From positions 32,001 through 96,000 of IMG/VR virus record IMGVR_UViG_3300020442_000006: a stretch of DNA of 64,000 bases. One strand, given 5' to 3'. The stretch comes from a virus. The notes under the pieces were generated by a model. That model saw only the letters and a list, made by a program, of their open reading frames with translations. It searched no databases and was not told where the DNA came from. Shown here in pieces: positions 1-15,000 of this stretch (position 1 is its first letter; every line of letters starts with the position of its first letter). The position numbers were made by a program, and so were the translations under genes.

Positions 1-3000
1 GTCCATATCACAAGTGAAGTTCAGAGAATTGTTAACAATCTGAACGTTGTCCCCGTTAGAGAACCCGTGGTTAGGAACTGTAAGTGTAAGAACACCAGTT
101 GAAGGAACGTATGCTGCACCAGTTGCAGTAAACTCAGAATCTCCAATCTCAAGAACAGTTAGAGATCTACCAGATGCATAGTCAGTGGAACGAGGATATG
201 AGTGGTTTGTAGCATTACCATCCTTGGTGCAAGTAAATGTAATTGCATTATCAGGTAACTTGACGTGTCTACCAACATCCAAGGTGTTGGAACCGATGTC
301 AAGGAACATATCACCAGTTGTTTCATTGTATATTGCATTAGTTACATCGTAGTTAACGTTAGTAGTTGTACCAACATTGACTGTAAATGTAGAAGATGTA
401 GAACCTGTAACGGGGAGAAGAGCACCGTTTGAAGGATCAAGAGGTCTTGGATAAGTATGCTCTGTCTGATTACTGTCAAAGTCACAAGTAAACTTCAATC
501 CATAAGTTGCAATTTGAACAGCATCACCTGTTACCAGACCGTGACCAGTCTTAGTCAAGGTCAAATCACCTGTTGCAGGATTGTAAGTTGCGTTTGTAGG
601 AGTTAACTGACCAGTCTGTGAACTACTGGAGTCAATAGTAATACCAGTATCATACTGAGCATAACCTTCAGTGTAACCATTGACAGAAACCAACTGCTGT
701 CTCATCACCTGAATGGCGATGTCACGTGCCTGTTCGAAGATGTACTTAACTTCAGTAGACTGTGAATTGATGTGCTGAATAGCGTTTGCATCAGTGATAT
801 AGAATTCAGTTGCATACCAAACCTTGTTATTACCACCGTGCTTGAGGTTCCACGCCATTGCCTCAAGGATGTCAATAACATCATCGATACAAGACTGATA
901 ACCATAACCACCAAATGTAAGGTTAGGATACTGAGCATATCCACGTCCTACAGCAGTAGAAGCGATGAATCTCAAATTATTGAGGATCTCGTTACCTGCA
1001 TCGTAGTCTTTATTAGTAGTAGCGTTATTATCATAATCACCACGTGGAACTCCACCACCAATGGCATTTCCACCTTGTCCACCGCCACCACCTGCAGTAT
1101 TATCTTCGAAGGGAGTAAACCCAAGTTTATTGCGGATCGCGAGAATTGACATATCTCTTGCCATCTTATAGGCATAGATTGTCTCTTGTGATTGACCAGT
1201 GACGTGCTTAAGACCCATATCTGTATTCAGATAGAGTGCAGCAGCATCATATACTTCGCTGTTAGAAGAGAATCTCAAGTCGTGAGCAACAGAGTTGATG
1301 AAATCAACGATGTCGTCTTCACAATGAACCTTACCACCAGGAACTCTGAAGTTGTAATGCTTGAATGCAGAGGTCTTAGTTACAATGTCAACTGCCTCAG
1401 CAGCAATGGTACGAGCATTTCTTTCAATAATATTGGCAGAGTCTAGTGCTCTGTGAGTACCTTGGAAGATCTTAGGATCAGGAGGATAGAATGTGCTCTC
1501 AGTAATAACACTGTCAGTCAGATCATAGTTAACAGCAGGATCATACTCTTTTCTGTATGCACTAAGGTCACTGTACTGAAGTTGATAGAAATCATCAACA
1601 GTATTAGGAGTTGTGCCTGCAATGTTAGCAATGTTCTCATTTCTACCAACCAAGAGGTTCTGAAGTGCTTTACTTGAAAGGAACTTAACGTGCTCAAGAG
1701 CATCCAGCATCGCCAGCAATTCATCTTCGATGTAGTTGATATTGCTTTGTGAATCAAGGTAAGAATCAATCATACCCTGAATATTTGAGTTACCACCAGT
1801 TAGAAGGTCTCCCGCAACAGCAGGAACGATGTGATCTCTAATATCTCTAACACACTTCGCTCTGCTAGGAATGTCGATCTTATCCTGTTGGATAAAGTTG
1901 ATCATAACATCCCATTCTGCCTCCATCATAGAGACTGCTTCATCAGCAATCACTGCACGGTTGAAGTAAAGAAGGTCAGCACCATCACGGAATCTGTGAC
2001 CAGTAGGTGCCATCACATCCAACATATCATCCACAAGATCCATAATAAATGTCTGGATCACTGTAGGTGCAGGAGTTGAGAAGTAATTAGGAATACGAAC
2101 ACGTTGTGTGTATTCTCCAGTCAAATCATCTTCATTCTTGGTAATAATGTCGATGCAAAGTTTGGCAACTTCACGCCAGGTATAGATTGACTGTAGAAGT
2201 TCACCATTAACGTGCTTCAGAGCACCTGATCCTTCCAAATATCCACGACCTGCAACAATAGTATTGAAGTTACCACCTAATTTAAGGTCATTAACGATTG
2301 CAGGAATGATGAATGAATGTGTGTCACGAATACACTTGTCAGTACCTTGAGTGGATGTTCCTGTATCACCTGGGATGAGGAATGCAGGATACTTCTCCTT
2401 CATACGACCAACTGCTTCTTCTGCAATCCAATAACGGTTCTTTTCAATAATATCAGCACAATCTCTGTAAATATCACGAGAAACATCAATTTCCTCAGTC
2501 ATAATCTCTTCACGCCAGAGTTCAACACCATCAGCGTTAGCAGAGGAGATGATAGTCTGTTGATATGTTGCGTAAACAGCAGCAAGTTCTACAGGGAAAG
2601 GTGCTTCGCCATTGAAACCGAATGACACGTCAAGTGCACGGAAATCATAAACGGTGGGGGGTATAAACCCACTAGAGTAGCTGGCGGTTCCTTTTCTAAC
2701 AATAAAGTTATCAATGTTACCTGTGAAAGTCTCACCGTTGTTCCAAGATGCACCAACAGCGATTGGTGAGTTACCATAATCAGAAGCGTCAGTATAATCA
2801 GACCCAACAGGTTGACCGTTGACAAACATCTTGGTAACGTTAGATGCTCTGGAAACAGCAATGTGATACCACTGATTTGCAGTAGGAATAGCACCTGCAG
2901 CAGTAATATGGTCAGTTGTAGCGATACCAAACTTCAGTGATGTACCTTGTAAGAATACTGAAGCAGCGTTACTACTGGATGCAGTTCTGAAATCAACAAG

Positions 3001-6000
3001 TCTCTGTGTTCCAGATACAGTTGTAGGATAGATCCACATCTCAACAGTGTAATCATTAACACCAAATGCAAATGCAGCATTGGAAGCGTGATTGATTCTG
3101 GAAGATGTACCACTGAATTCTAGTGATCCAGTACCAGTTCCAGGGTTCAATTTGTCAACAGTAACGTTGTTATAGGTGATTGTGGAGTTTGTGACGTACT
3201 CAGCGTCAGTAAATGAACCAGTAACACCCTTTGTATAGACCCACTTACTACCTGCATTGGTTCCAATGATCTCTGCAACAGCACCTGAAGACACACCTTT
3301 CAGTGTTTGACCGAAGTTGAAGAATCCACCAGATGATTTGTCCTTATAAGAATGCTTGATAGAACGAATTGTCTCACCCTCTTCGAAGGTGTACGCAGGT
3401 GCAATTCTAGGAACATTGCTAATAGACCACTGATAGGTAGTAGGATCGGCACCAGTAGGATCTTGTAAGGTATCAGTAATGATTCTGAAGAAGTTTGCAA
3501 CAGCAGATGTCTGAGCAACACAAGCATTTTCATTAGGAATAGTTGTTCTACCCTGTGAATAGTCTGCCTGAGGAGCAGTTTGAGTAACTGCTGCTTGGAA
3601 TGCTTCTCTAGTTCCTGGAGATGCAGTTGTACCAAGAGCATTGATGAGAATATCCATCAATGTTGTGATAGAAGCAGCAACTGCTTGACAAGTTGGACTT
3701 GCAGTGTCAGCAGTGATAGAAATAGTTACTTGGTTCCAATCGTGTGATCCTGCCTTGGTAACAGCAATATTTCTCATAATATCAAGAGACATTGCCTTTG
3801 CCTTAGTAAAGGAGTTGACAATAGTGTCTCTATCACCAGATGTCACACCATAGTGAAGAATTCTGTCTGTTGCTTCCCAGATGAAATCATTACCACCGTG
3901 GGCAACGTTATAAGCAAGTGCTTCAACAACATCTACGATGTCAGAGAGGCAATGCTCATCTCCACCAGATACGTTATATCCTGGGTTCTGGGTCTTAGCA
4001 TAGTGAAGTGACTCGTATGCAATAAACCATTTGTTAGCAAGCAACAAGGTTCTAGCATCACCGTGACTGTTACTTACAACCTCATATTCAGGAGTAATGG
4101 TAAGATCCTTCCACTGAGACAATGTTGTGAACTCTGTGGTGATATTAACCATATTAATGCACTTGTTAGCGAGATCTCTCGCTTGATTCATTGCATATAC
4201 AGTCTGAGGAACCTGTCCATTAACGTGATAGATGGTATTGTTCTGAACATAGAAGTTTGCAGCATCCCAGACTTCAGAGTTACCATCGTGCTCAAGTTGC
4301 CAAGCAATTAGATTGAGCATATCAACGATGTCGTCCTCACAATTAACTTTACCTGTAGGAACAGTAAAGGAGGGGTAGAAATCTAACATCTTACCCACCG
4401 CTTCTTCAGCGATGAATTTAGCGTTCTTAACTAGTGCCTCTGCAGCGTTGTTAGCACGGGTATCGGGTACAGTTCTAATAGATGAGTTACCGAAGTAGAT
4501 CTTCTTAAGTCTGATATTAGTGCCAGGTGCAAAGTCAGTACCAACTAGACCATCATAACGAATCTCTTGGTTTCTAACAGATTCGAAATCTAGGAAGTCT
4601 TGGTTGTTAGGTGACTCAGAATCATAGAGTTCAGTTGGGTTAATAACAGTTTCACCGATGTCATCAAGAATAACGTTCGGATATGTAATTGAAGGAACTC
4701 TCTGGAAGACAAGAGCAAAGAAACTAGATGAAGGTGAAAGGTCAACAGTATCGATGATCTGCTCTGAAACCTCGTCCTGATAAGGAGAGATAGCAGAAAC
4801 AGTTGCTGCAATCTTAGATCTTGCAGAATAGATGACATCGTTGAACTTGATTTCAAATTCACCAGTTTCAAACTTAGCAGTACCAGATGTTCTAGAAACA
4901 ACTAAAGATGTGTTGATAGTACCATCGTCAAGGTTGTTTTCTTCAATAATTGCAAACTTACCATCAAGGTTAGTGATTCTCTCACCTTGTTCGAAGATGG
5001 TTTTAGATGAGACAGGATTTACAGTATCAAGAGTGGAGTTGAATCCAGTAGCACTGCTAAGAACTGACTCACCAGACTGGAAAGTACCCTCAATGTCAAT
5101 AACATCGATGTAATCAGTACCAGAGTCGATTACAACAGCAGTTGCCTCTGAAACAAGACCTCTGACTCTATTACCAGTCAACGGGAAGATACCACCGATA
5201 ACACTGAATGTTAAACGAGTGATTTGTAGTTGAGTAAAGTCAATATTTCTAAACTTAATTCTAGAAGGTGCCTTTGGAGGTTCAGAGAACACAATAGAAG
5301 GACCTGAAGTAGAGAATGAATCTCCAGGAGACTGTGCAACACCATTGAGAAGAACAAACATCTGATCTTCAGTTGCAGTGATAGAACTACCCTCAACATT
5401 CAATGGGAACTGAGTTCTTACACCATCAAAATCATCAGAAACGTTATCAATCTTCTTAACGATAGAAGTTAGAATTTCCTCAGAGTTAGTCAGTCTCTTC
5501 TGTCTGAAGAGCACCTCAGTGTTATTAAACTGGGTATAGATCGGTTGTGCGTTAGCAAATGATGTGATCTGGTTAATATTAGTAAATGCGTTGATATTAA
5601 CTTCTTTAATCAGATCAGAAACAACCTTTCTTCCTGAAATATCCTTACCACCTGTGATTGCCAATTCACCGAAGAGGTTGAAACCAACAGGGTGGTTTGT
5701 CTCAAGAACTGGTTTTCTCCACTGGTTAATAGGTGTTTCAGACTTAATAACATAAGAGAAGTTCTGATAGAAGTAAGAGTCCTGAATTTTCTGGACAATC
5801 TCAGAAGGTTTACCAACGTCATCAATAAACTGACCAGGTGTATTGGTTAGAGAGTCAATATTAAGAGTACCACGAGCGATTGATAGATTGTCAATCAAAC
5901 CAGAAGCACGAGAAACCTCACCAGTTACACGCTCACCTGGGGTCCAAACACCTTTATAGTTCTCAAGTTTCAGGATTCTAGGACCGATCTGCCAACCTTG

Positions 6001-9000
6001 GTTAGTAGAAACGTAACCAGTTGCAGATGCAAGTTCAAGAGATGAACCTTGATAAACAAGTTCACCCTCAAGGAATCTTGAAGTTTCAACAATAGCAGTT
6101 GCTTGACCACCAAACACTTCGGTCAAGAGAATCTGTCTACCTTCACCCTGTGTCAAGAATGTGATATAAGAACCAGATTCAGCGTCAAGTTTAGTCAGTG
6201 AGATACGAAGTTGGTCAGATTCAAGACCATTTGCCTCACCTGCAATAGCATAGTAAGTCTGAGATGAAGACAAACTAACCAAACCTGCAGAACTTGGTTT
6301 TGGAAGGATACCAACTGTAGATCCAAGGTCTTCTGCTCTCAACTGGATTTCAGCACCAGTTGTAATACCGTGTGGGAAGTTAAACTGCAGATAACCCAAG
6401 TCGATGTTAACAACATAGTTAAATTCTGACTTAAGTGTGACTGAAGGTTCAGAACTGTATCCTGCACCTGGATCTTTGATGATAACTTCAGAAAGTCTGT
6501 TGTTCTTAACAACTGCTTCTGCATTAGCACCTGATCCACCACCACCTTCGATTACAACAGCAGGAGTTGAGGTATAACCAGAACCAGGGTCTGTAATCTT
6601 GATTTCTGAAAGAATAGCGGTATTAAACAACTGAAGGTTCACGGGGAAAGTGATTTCAGGTCTCAGAGTGTAGTCGTGAGAATAACCGAAACCAAATTCG
6701 TTGTTCTTAAGTTTCTTGATACGTCCGATGCTCTTACCTTGTAGGAACACAGAAGCACCTGAACCTTCAGAAGGGATCACAACATCAAGTTGTGCACCAG
6801 AACCTGCAAGTAGAGGTCCAAGAATGCCAGGAATAGCATCAACATCAATGGATGCTGTGGTATAACCTTTACCTGCTGATGTCAAAACAACATCAGTGAT
6901 GACTCCTTCGAAGTCTCCATCATCGGTAACAGTGATATTACAAGAAGCACCTTCACCATCTCCACCGATAGGAACGTTATAGTAGACACCGTTAACATAT
7001 TCAGTACCACCATTCAGGATACGAACCTTTTCAATCTCTCTATTAGATGCAATATCAGTAACAATAGGAAGTTTTTGGTAGAATCCACCTGGGTTTACCA
7101 GTTTGATGGTTGCAATAGGTCCAATCGCCTTGAGTGAGGTTGTAGAATACAAGGAACGTGGGTTTCCGAACTCATTATTACCGACAGGAGCGTTAGATTT
7201 CTCTGGTTCAACCAAAAGTGGGAAGTCAAACTCCAATCCATCGTTAGAAACTCTATTAACAGTAAATGTACCTTGGTAAGGAGACTGAATAACGTCAATA
7301 AATGACCCTTCACCAACAGGAGAGTTGTCTGGTGTGGTTCTAGATGGGTCAAAATAGTATGAAATGTTAGTAACATCGTCATTAATGATGAATTTAACCA
7401 ACGGAGTCGGTGAATCATCATCGGTAAATCCAGGTGTACCCTCTCTAATGATGTTAATGAATGGATATTCCAGTTTATACTGGTTATCTTTAGAGAATGA
7501 TAGGAAGTATCCAAGGTTAGATGAATCATCAAGGTCAAAGATATACTGATGTCCTCTAACAAATAGGAACTTAGGATGCTTAGCGTAGATATTAATGTTA
7601 GAAACAGAAGAACCTTGTCCAGAGAATGTAGGATCCTGAACAGCAGTGCTTCTTAATTTGTATGTGAAGTCTCTAGAAGTGAATACTTCTTGTACAAAGA
7701 ATGAACCATTATACTCATTAGTAGAGAATCTCTCAGTAAAGATGATGTCATTTGCTGAGAAGTTGTGTCTACTAGTAGCAGAGCAGTAAACAAGGTCAGT
7801 ATTTGTCAGTGCCTGTGAAGGAACAACGTCTTTGTTAAGTTTTGCTTGAAGATTGAACTGCTTAACACCAACAAGACCACCAAATGTTGCGATCTTACCA
7901 GTTGCATCAACATCAAATGTCAAGTTAACAGCGTCAGCATCAATAGTGTCACCTTTGATGAATGTTGAATCAGCATAGATCTGCTGAATTCTAATGGTGT
8001 AGTCGGAAGCATTGAAAGGTTTCCAAGATGCAAACTGTGCAAGAGTGCCAGATCCGTGTACACTATTCGCCAAATCTACTGAGAAGATACCTGCAACGCT
8101 TGTAAACGCCCAGTTGATGTTACCATCAGAAACAGTACCTGATGTATGTTCAGGAGCAAGAGGTCCTGCAGTTGCAGCAGTACCAGATGTATAGATCTTA
8201 CCATTACTATAGACAACATCACCAACAGCATAGTTCTGATTCTGCTGCCAAACAGGAACTGTAGTGTCAACGGTGAACTCTTTGTCCATCTCGTTAATAT
8301 CACCTGCAGTAGACTTCAGCAGTTTGCTTGTGTCAAAACTACCAATAATCTTACCAATCTTACAGGAATTGGTTCCAGATTCAACGACAGTACCATATGC
8401 AGATACAACATCGTTACCACCAATTACAGAATACTGTTGAAGAACAGATCCTTTAGTAAATGTGGCATTCTGGTTAAATGTAATAGTCTTTACAAGGTCA
8501 ATACTTGAGTATCTTGCATCTCTGATGTAGAACTTAGGAATAACCTTAGTAGTGAGGAGTAGTTTCTTACCACCTTGTGTAGGAATGGTTGCAGTTCTAC
8601 TTGCATATGCTTCATCAGTAGATGTAATAGTATAGACTCCAGGGATGTGAGTCGATATAACATCTGAGTAATCAAGAATCTGAATACCTGCAGGACCCAT
8701 TATCCAAGGGTTAACAGCAACTGACTGGGTATTAAACGTATAATTGCTTCCTGCGGCGACGTTTAGGGTATGTCCTGCCTCTACATCGTCTAGGGTGAAT
8801 GTACCAAGTTTTGTCTTATCTTTGTCAATCTTATAAATGAATGCCTTAGATACTGAGTTTGTACCAGTAATAAGACCTGCAGTGAATGCATCTGTGTACT
8901 TAGCAGAAGGTGTAAGAACAAAGTTGTCAATCCAACCGATCCAGTTGTTAGTAGAACTTGGAGTTGAGATAGGACCAAGTGTTGCCTGCATCAAGTTAAC

Positions 9001-12000
9001 ATCAACAGTAGAACTGTTAACTGAATGTGCCTCTACACCATTAACGTAGATACGATAGATGTAAGAACCAACACCAGGGCGTTCCTTAGAAATAGCAATG
9101 TGAACCCACGCCTCAGAGTTAAAGGCAGTCCAGAATGTTGTACCAGTAGAATATGAAACAGATCCATTCAAATCAAGGAATATCTTACCAAAATTGGGAC
9201 TGCTTGAAGTTCCATCAACACCAACCTTGACTTCCTGTGTCAACTGAGAGACAACACCGAAGAATTCTGGTTTAGATGCTTGTGCAGAATATTGAGTATT
9301 ACCAAGAGCAAACCAACCTTCCATTGTCCACTCAATACTAACATCAGTAGTTGTGCTGTACTGAAGGAGCATTGAGTTAGGAGCATCAAGTTTTACTGAA
9401 GATGCACCGTTATAGAACTTAGTATTATCGATAATAGCGTTACCTGAGGCAGCCCACTGCTTATTTGAACCAGTTCTTAGGATGTCATTATATGTTTCAT
9501 CAAACAGATTGTCTGCAGTGTTCCAGTTAAAGATAGCAAGTTGATCTGCCTCAACCTTGTTACCTGCAACAATAGTGTCACCAGAGTTATCGTTTGCAAC
9601 ACAAGTTGGATGGTAACCAATACCATTGGTCTCTGTTACCTCAGCAGCAGAAAGAACATTACCACTATTCCAAGAAATCTTGGCAGTAATTGATTGAACA
9701 GCGTTGAAATCTCTTTCTACAACAGCACTGATGTCGATATTACCAAATACGTCAAAGGAAACACCTGCATTCTTAATAGAGGTGTAAGTTCCAGTAGGAA
9801 CGTACATCTTAGCAAGAGATACTGCTGTATAGTCTTGGTTATCAAACTTAGCGTAGAGAACACCATAGTTCTTACCATTTGTGTCAATAGCAGTTGCAGT
9901 TACATAAACTGAACCATATTCATCAATAGTAAAGGTAGGATCAGCAAACTGGTAAGCACCAGACTCGATCTGCTTAGACCATTGAACCTCAATAGTAGCA
10001 GTATCGTAATATGTCTCACCAATAACAATGTTAGCATCACCTGCAGGGTCAGAGATACCACAGAAGAGGAATGTATCATCTGTTCTCCACTGAATCTGAT
10101 GAAGATGCTCACTGCCTGCAGCAGAAGCAATCTTACGCTTCTCCATCATAGATCCATCAAGATCAAGCAAACCAACCCACATATCGTCAGGTGCAGTAGA
10201 GTTGGAGTCTGTATAACCTGCAATCATTACTCGACCGTCTTGGTCAAGTCTGATGTCAGTAGCATAGTCTCTTCTAGTAGAACCAGAGATACCTGCAATA
10301 TCACGTTGCCACTGAATGATACCATCAGGGTTGTTAGCAATATCAAAACCAGACTGATACTTAGCAACAACGATGTCAGGGTTGTGAGTAAGGTTACCAA
10401 CGTTAGGAACAGTCTCACCAATCACATAGATGTTGTGAGGATTGCTGTTTTCAATATGAAGTGCCTTCCAAGATAGTGACTTATCAGCGTTTGAAGGAAC
10501 AGTAGGAATCAGAGTACGCTTCCAAAGCATTCTACCGTCACTGTTAAACTTAGCAAGAACACCTGCTGTATTACCATCTACAACCGTTGTTTGACCACAG
10601 ACATAGAAAGTACGATCATCAGCAACCTTAATATCATTAATCGTTACAGTAGAACCCGCTTCTGTTAGAAGTGAGAGGAAATAACTTGCTTTCTTAAATC
10701 TTTGAGGATGAGAAACACGAATTTGAGGTGGATTGTTCTCATCATATCCTGAACCAGAGTTGATAATATCAACAGTTCTTACAGCACCACCCTCATCTCT
10801 ATTGATATTAATGTTGAAGTCTTGTCCAGAGTTAGTAATAACCTCGTAACTAGGAGGAATATCTTCAGAATAACCAAGACCTTCCTGATCAATAGTAACT
10901 CTTTCTACACCAGAGATAACTTTTACCTTGAATGTCTTGTTAGTGTCATCAAGAATAGGTGTGCTAGTTACGATGATTTGATCATCTATACGCAATTCGT
11001 GCTCATTTGCAGTAGTGATACGACCATATGGAAGATCGTTCTGCATATATGAAGTATAACCTGCAATATCTAAACCTTTAACTGCTTCAACTTTTGCAGA
11101 GGCTCCGAAACCATCAGTTCCTTCGTTATCAAAGAACAGTTTGTCATTAACCTTGTAGGAGACACCTGGGTTCTCAACCACAAATCCATCAACTTTAGCG
11201 TCTTCAAACTTAGTCGTAGTCTCAATATCGATGTCAACAACTGATCTTGTAGAGACTTTAGGGTAGTAATCAAATAATTGTAGTACGGGTTCTTCAGTAA
11301 TCTGAATGGGAGTGGTTGATTCATCATTATTGATAAGACCATCTCTGTTAGTATCTTCGATTTCAAAGATAAGATCCTCACCAAGTTCAGTAACAAGAGT
11401 GTCAGTTGCTTGGTTAGGTGTACGATCAATATCAATATCCACATCCTCGTAAGGATCACGGAATCTAACCACGTTAGATGGGATATTTGTCTGTACAGCA
11501 TCCTGAGAGAAGTTCCATTCATCAGGTGAAGAGTACAGTTGAGGACCACAAATGTATGGGAATACAGGGTTACCTGCATCAGATGCATCGATTGATACAA
11601 AATATGCGTAAACACCTTCAGGGAATTCAGGAGTCTTACAGAAACGACCGTTATACTGGTCTAGATCACCCTCTTGGAACACATATTCAAAGTCATCAAT
11701 GAATGATCCTGCAATGTAATCAGTAAGAAGAGGACCATCTGCGCGAACAGGATTCAAGTTTGTCGCAGCATCATAGATGAGTGCGGGTTTAATTCTGTAG
11801 GATGAACGAATTCTTCTAATACCAGATGACTGGTCAGTGGCATCAATGTAACCGTAAGGTCCGTAGATAGGGTTACCATCGAATGCCCAACCCAAAATAG
11901 GAGAGTGTTGGTATCCAGTTGTAAGTTCTTGTAGTTGCTGAGTTGACTGATTCTTGAATACGTTGTCACCAAGAACGTATCTTAGTTGCTTAGGATCGGA

Positions 12001-15000
12001 AAGGTGTGCATATTCACCGCCATACTGTGTGTTATAACCTGCAAACACATAACCACGTGCTGTGTCAAAGTTCTGTCCTAGTTCATCTTGAAGGTTTCTA
12101 GTCCACTCAAACACAGTTGCAGTGAACTCTGCCATCTCACCAACCGCATCTAGACGGACAGTTGTATTACCAGTGGAGTAACCTACACCTCTGTTTACAA
12201 CAGTAACACCGATAACCTTACCTCTATCTTCACCAACAGCACCAATAGTTGCTCTTGCAATAGCACCATAACCGTCTCCATTGATCACAATCTCAGGAGC
12301 AGTTGTATATCCTCTACCTGCTGCAATGATAGCGATAGAAACGATTCTACCGTTAATAATAATAGGTTGAGCAACAGCACCCTCACCAGAGTTTAGTTTG
12401 ATGTCAGGAGATGATGTGTACGCTGCGCCTGTTTGGTCTACATTTACAGATTGGATAGGACCACGCACCTGTGCAGTAGCAAGACAACCATTGCCGCCTC
12501 CACCAGAGATAGAAACGTCAGGTTGTGATGTATATCCTTGACCTGGAGTTTCAACCAGAATCTTTGATACTACACCATTGGTAATAACAGCGGTAGCAGT
12601 AGCACCGAATCCGCCACCACCCACGATAGAAACAAGAGGACTAGAAGTGTAACCAGTACCCCCGTTAGAAACTTCGATTTCACTTAAAGCACCGTTAACA
12701 ACAACACTTGCCTTAGCACCAGATCCACCGCCACCATTGATCTCAATGATCGGAGGATTAGCAGCGTCATATCCTTGACCAGGGTTGTCAATAGTTATAC
12801 CAGTCAATCCACCAAACTTAATCTTAGTCTCAGACTTATAGGACCAAGTTGATACACCGTTAACCCAAGCACCGATAGGACCGAATGATGTATCTGTACG
12901 TCTAGAGATTGTATTGATAACTCTAGGGATACGGATCAACTTACGTTGGTTACCAGGAAGTAGCGCAGATCCTACAAAAGGACCAACTTGATAGTTAGGA
13001 ATACCAGAGGATGCAATGTATGCATACTGATCATTGAAGAATGTATTCTGTACGTTGGTAGTAAAGTCTCTGATAGCAACGCTGATACCCTCTTCTGGAG
13101 ACTTACCTTTGTTCAGGTCAACAGAAAGAAGGATGTTACCCTGTGGAGCATTAGGAGCAGGAGCAGGGATGTTATATTCAAACTGTGTATTATTGATACG
13201 TGATGTAACCAAGAAGGTTCCGTTGAACACAGTTGGGTTTGCACCGTAGATGGTAACAGTGTCACCAACCAACAGACCGTGGTTATTAGAGCAAGTAACA
13301 GTTGCAGTCTGGTTATTAAGACCACCAGGAACGATTTCGTTGATATTGATCAGTTTCTTAACGTTGTACAACCAAGAAGTGATTCTCTGGTCATTAGAAG
13401 TCGAACCAAGTGATGCAACGTTTAGTTTGTCACCAGGAAGATAGTATGAACCATTATCAGACAGAACTGTAGATTCTGCATCAGCAATACCAAGAACACG
13501 CAACTTACACTCGTTTTCAGTGCCACGGTTGACATAAACGAAGATGTCAGAGAAAACTGTAGTACCTGCATCCCAATCTTCAACTACACCGTTCTTAGAA
13601 CGAGTACATTCGATGAACTGGTTCAGTGTTTTCTCTTTGTACTGTACAACCTCAGCGTCATCAATACGGATAGTACCGTTTCTTTCTGGCCAACCAATCG
13701 TAGAGTCAACTGTAATAATTGATTCAGAGGTAGAAAGTTCCTCAACCAGTGTGGTTTTGTAGGGAATTGTGAACGCACCTTGCAGAGTTTCTTCTGAAAT
13801 TGCAAGTTCATACACAGTACCAACACCAGTGTTGATGGCAATAACGTTCTCAATCAGTGCAGATGCACCTCTTACGTTAGTGTCAACGTCATCAATATAC
13901 TGAATCAACTGTGAATCAAGTAGATTCTCTGGAGAACCCTCCAAAAGATCTGCTCTAAGAACCGTATCTACGTTCCAAGTTGCAGCAGAAGGTTTGATAA
14001 TCTCATCCTTAGGATAAGAAACATCAACATTTTCGGAGTAAAGGATCTTAAAGAGGTACTGTGTGGAGATCTTCGTACCTTTAGATGCGTAAAAATCCGA
14101 AATAGTTTTAATAATTTGCGGAGCGTTGACTCTGTTATAGTCGATTTCCGCATTAGGTAGATATTGATTTACGAATCTTCTGTATAATTCTTTGGCAAAA
14201 AGATTATCAAGATTGTGAATTGTTGCTCCTACAGCGTGAGAAGACTGTACCAGACTGGATTCTCCACTGTAAACTTGATGACCTTTCTGGTCGTATGATG
14301 TAACACCAGATACTCCGCGCTTTACACCAACAAATGCTGAAGGTTGATAGTTTTGTCCCGCACTGTGGATTGTGAAACCTGTAATTTCTCCAAAACCAAC
14401 GTCACAAGACGCTTCTGGAACAGGAGGAGCAGCAATGAACACTTTAGGAGGTTCTGTGTCTGAGTATCCAGTACCAAAACTAGTGATATTGATGTCAGTG
14501 ATTTCACCGTTAAAGATGGTAGCAACAGCAGTTGCACCAGTACCACCAATAGGAACACCGTTAGTATCCTTTCTATTATCAACGATATACACAGATGGAG
14601 CATCTGTATAACCCTTACCACCAGTTAGTAGTTCAATATTAGTAACTCTACCACCAGTACAAGATACATCAAGGATCTGAGCACCAACAGGATCAATAAT
14701 TCTTGCCCTGATGTTACCTTCATATCCCTGACCTGCTGATATGATGTCAATTCTTGATACTCTACCGTCATCATCAAGGATTGCTTGAGCAGTTGCATTG
14801 ATAGCATTATCCCCTGTAGGAGGATCCATATACACCAAAGGTGCAGTTGTATAACCAGAACCAGAAGCGGTTACTTCGATTGATCCGATGACGATTGATC
14901 CGTTTTCAACTGTAGGATCTGAGCAAGTAGCACCACCAGGATTAACAAACTTAATTGAAGGAATGCGGTCATATCCACTTCCTGAAGAAGTAACACGCAG